DNA of 63,296 nt, counting the filler, from Chiloscyllium plagiosum (Eukaryota), in assembly GCF_004010195.1 (NCBI RefSeq). It is 4 parts of one record of this genome, joined end to end, with 100 filler letters (N's around TTAATTAATTAA, not from the genome) between each part and the next. Parts side by side here need not be neighbours in the genome. Positions count along the whole stretch, not along the records: positions 59,979 to 63,296 come from NC_057716.1; 3 more parts are not named here. One strand, given 5' to 3'. The position numbers and the translations under genes are program-made. Under the pieces are notes generated by a model. The model was not told where the DNA came from, did no database searches, and saw only the letters and a list, made by a program, of their open reading frames with translations. Shown one piece after another: positions 63,096-63,296 of this stretch. How positions within the stretch are numbered: position 1 is the stretch's first letter; every line of letters starts with the position of its first letter.

Positions 63096-63296
63096 ACTGT
63101 AAGACATAATGGATATTGGTCTGCCTTTCCCCCCCGCTTTGGTTTATATCCCCCCCTTTTTTTTCTCTTATCTTACTGTTTAATATTATCATGGGGGGTG
63201 GGGAGAGGGATTTGATTTTCTCCCCCCCCCCTTGGAGTTGTTTTCTGTTATTATTTTATGTATATATGAGGGATGTATGTATATGTGTGTGTGTAT

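Larger units (their letters stand above)
62067..63296 (+). mobile_element. 5' end of an apparently full-length L1 LINE (5' UTR, ORF1, inter-ORF spacer), running off the window
   Basis: G-run start GGGGGATCCAAGATGGCGGC, CpG-rich, intact ORF1. Confidence 0.88.

Overview
Eukaryotic, repeat-dense vertebrate DNA, most likely shark/elasmobranch (HE1-type V-SINEs, abundant CR1/HER1 LINEs, Deu-type SINEs, Penelope-like elements). It consists of five contigs separated by three 100-bp N-TTAATTAATTAA-N spacers and one 500-N gap. Host genes are sparse: one DIP2A internal exon (959-1102, minus) and four phase-compatible minus-strand exons (57454-57585, 50701-50736, 48140-48172, 46907-47047) that resemble the N-terminus of a CNBD2-like protein. 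The most unusual structure is a 5'-truncated, poly(A)-tailed Tx1-type retrotransposon (34941-36254). Its internal ORF2 segment is replaced by 455 bp carrying a genomic-type tRNA-Ala gene with its Pol III terminator, and the whole unit sits inside an older LINE with a short target duplication. Other notable items: short palindromic Penelope-derived insertions with TSDs and hammerhead-ribozyme cores, two inverted solo LTRs of one family, an 11/33-bp minisatellite born from LINE coding sequence, and the 5' end of an apparently young L1 with intact ORF1. All family calls are by eye or recall with no database search, and boundaries of old repeats are approximate.
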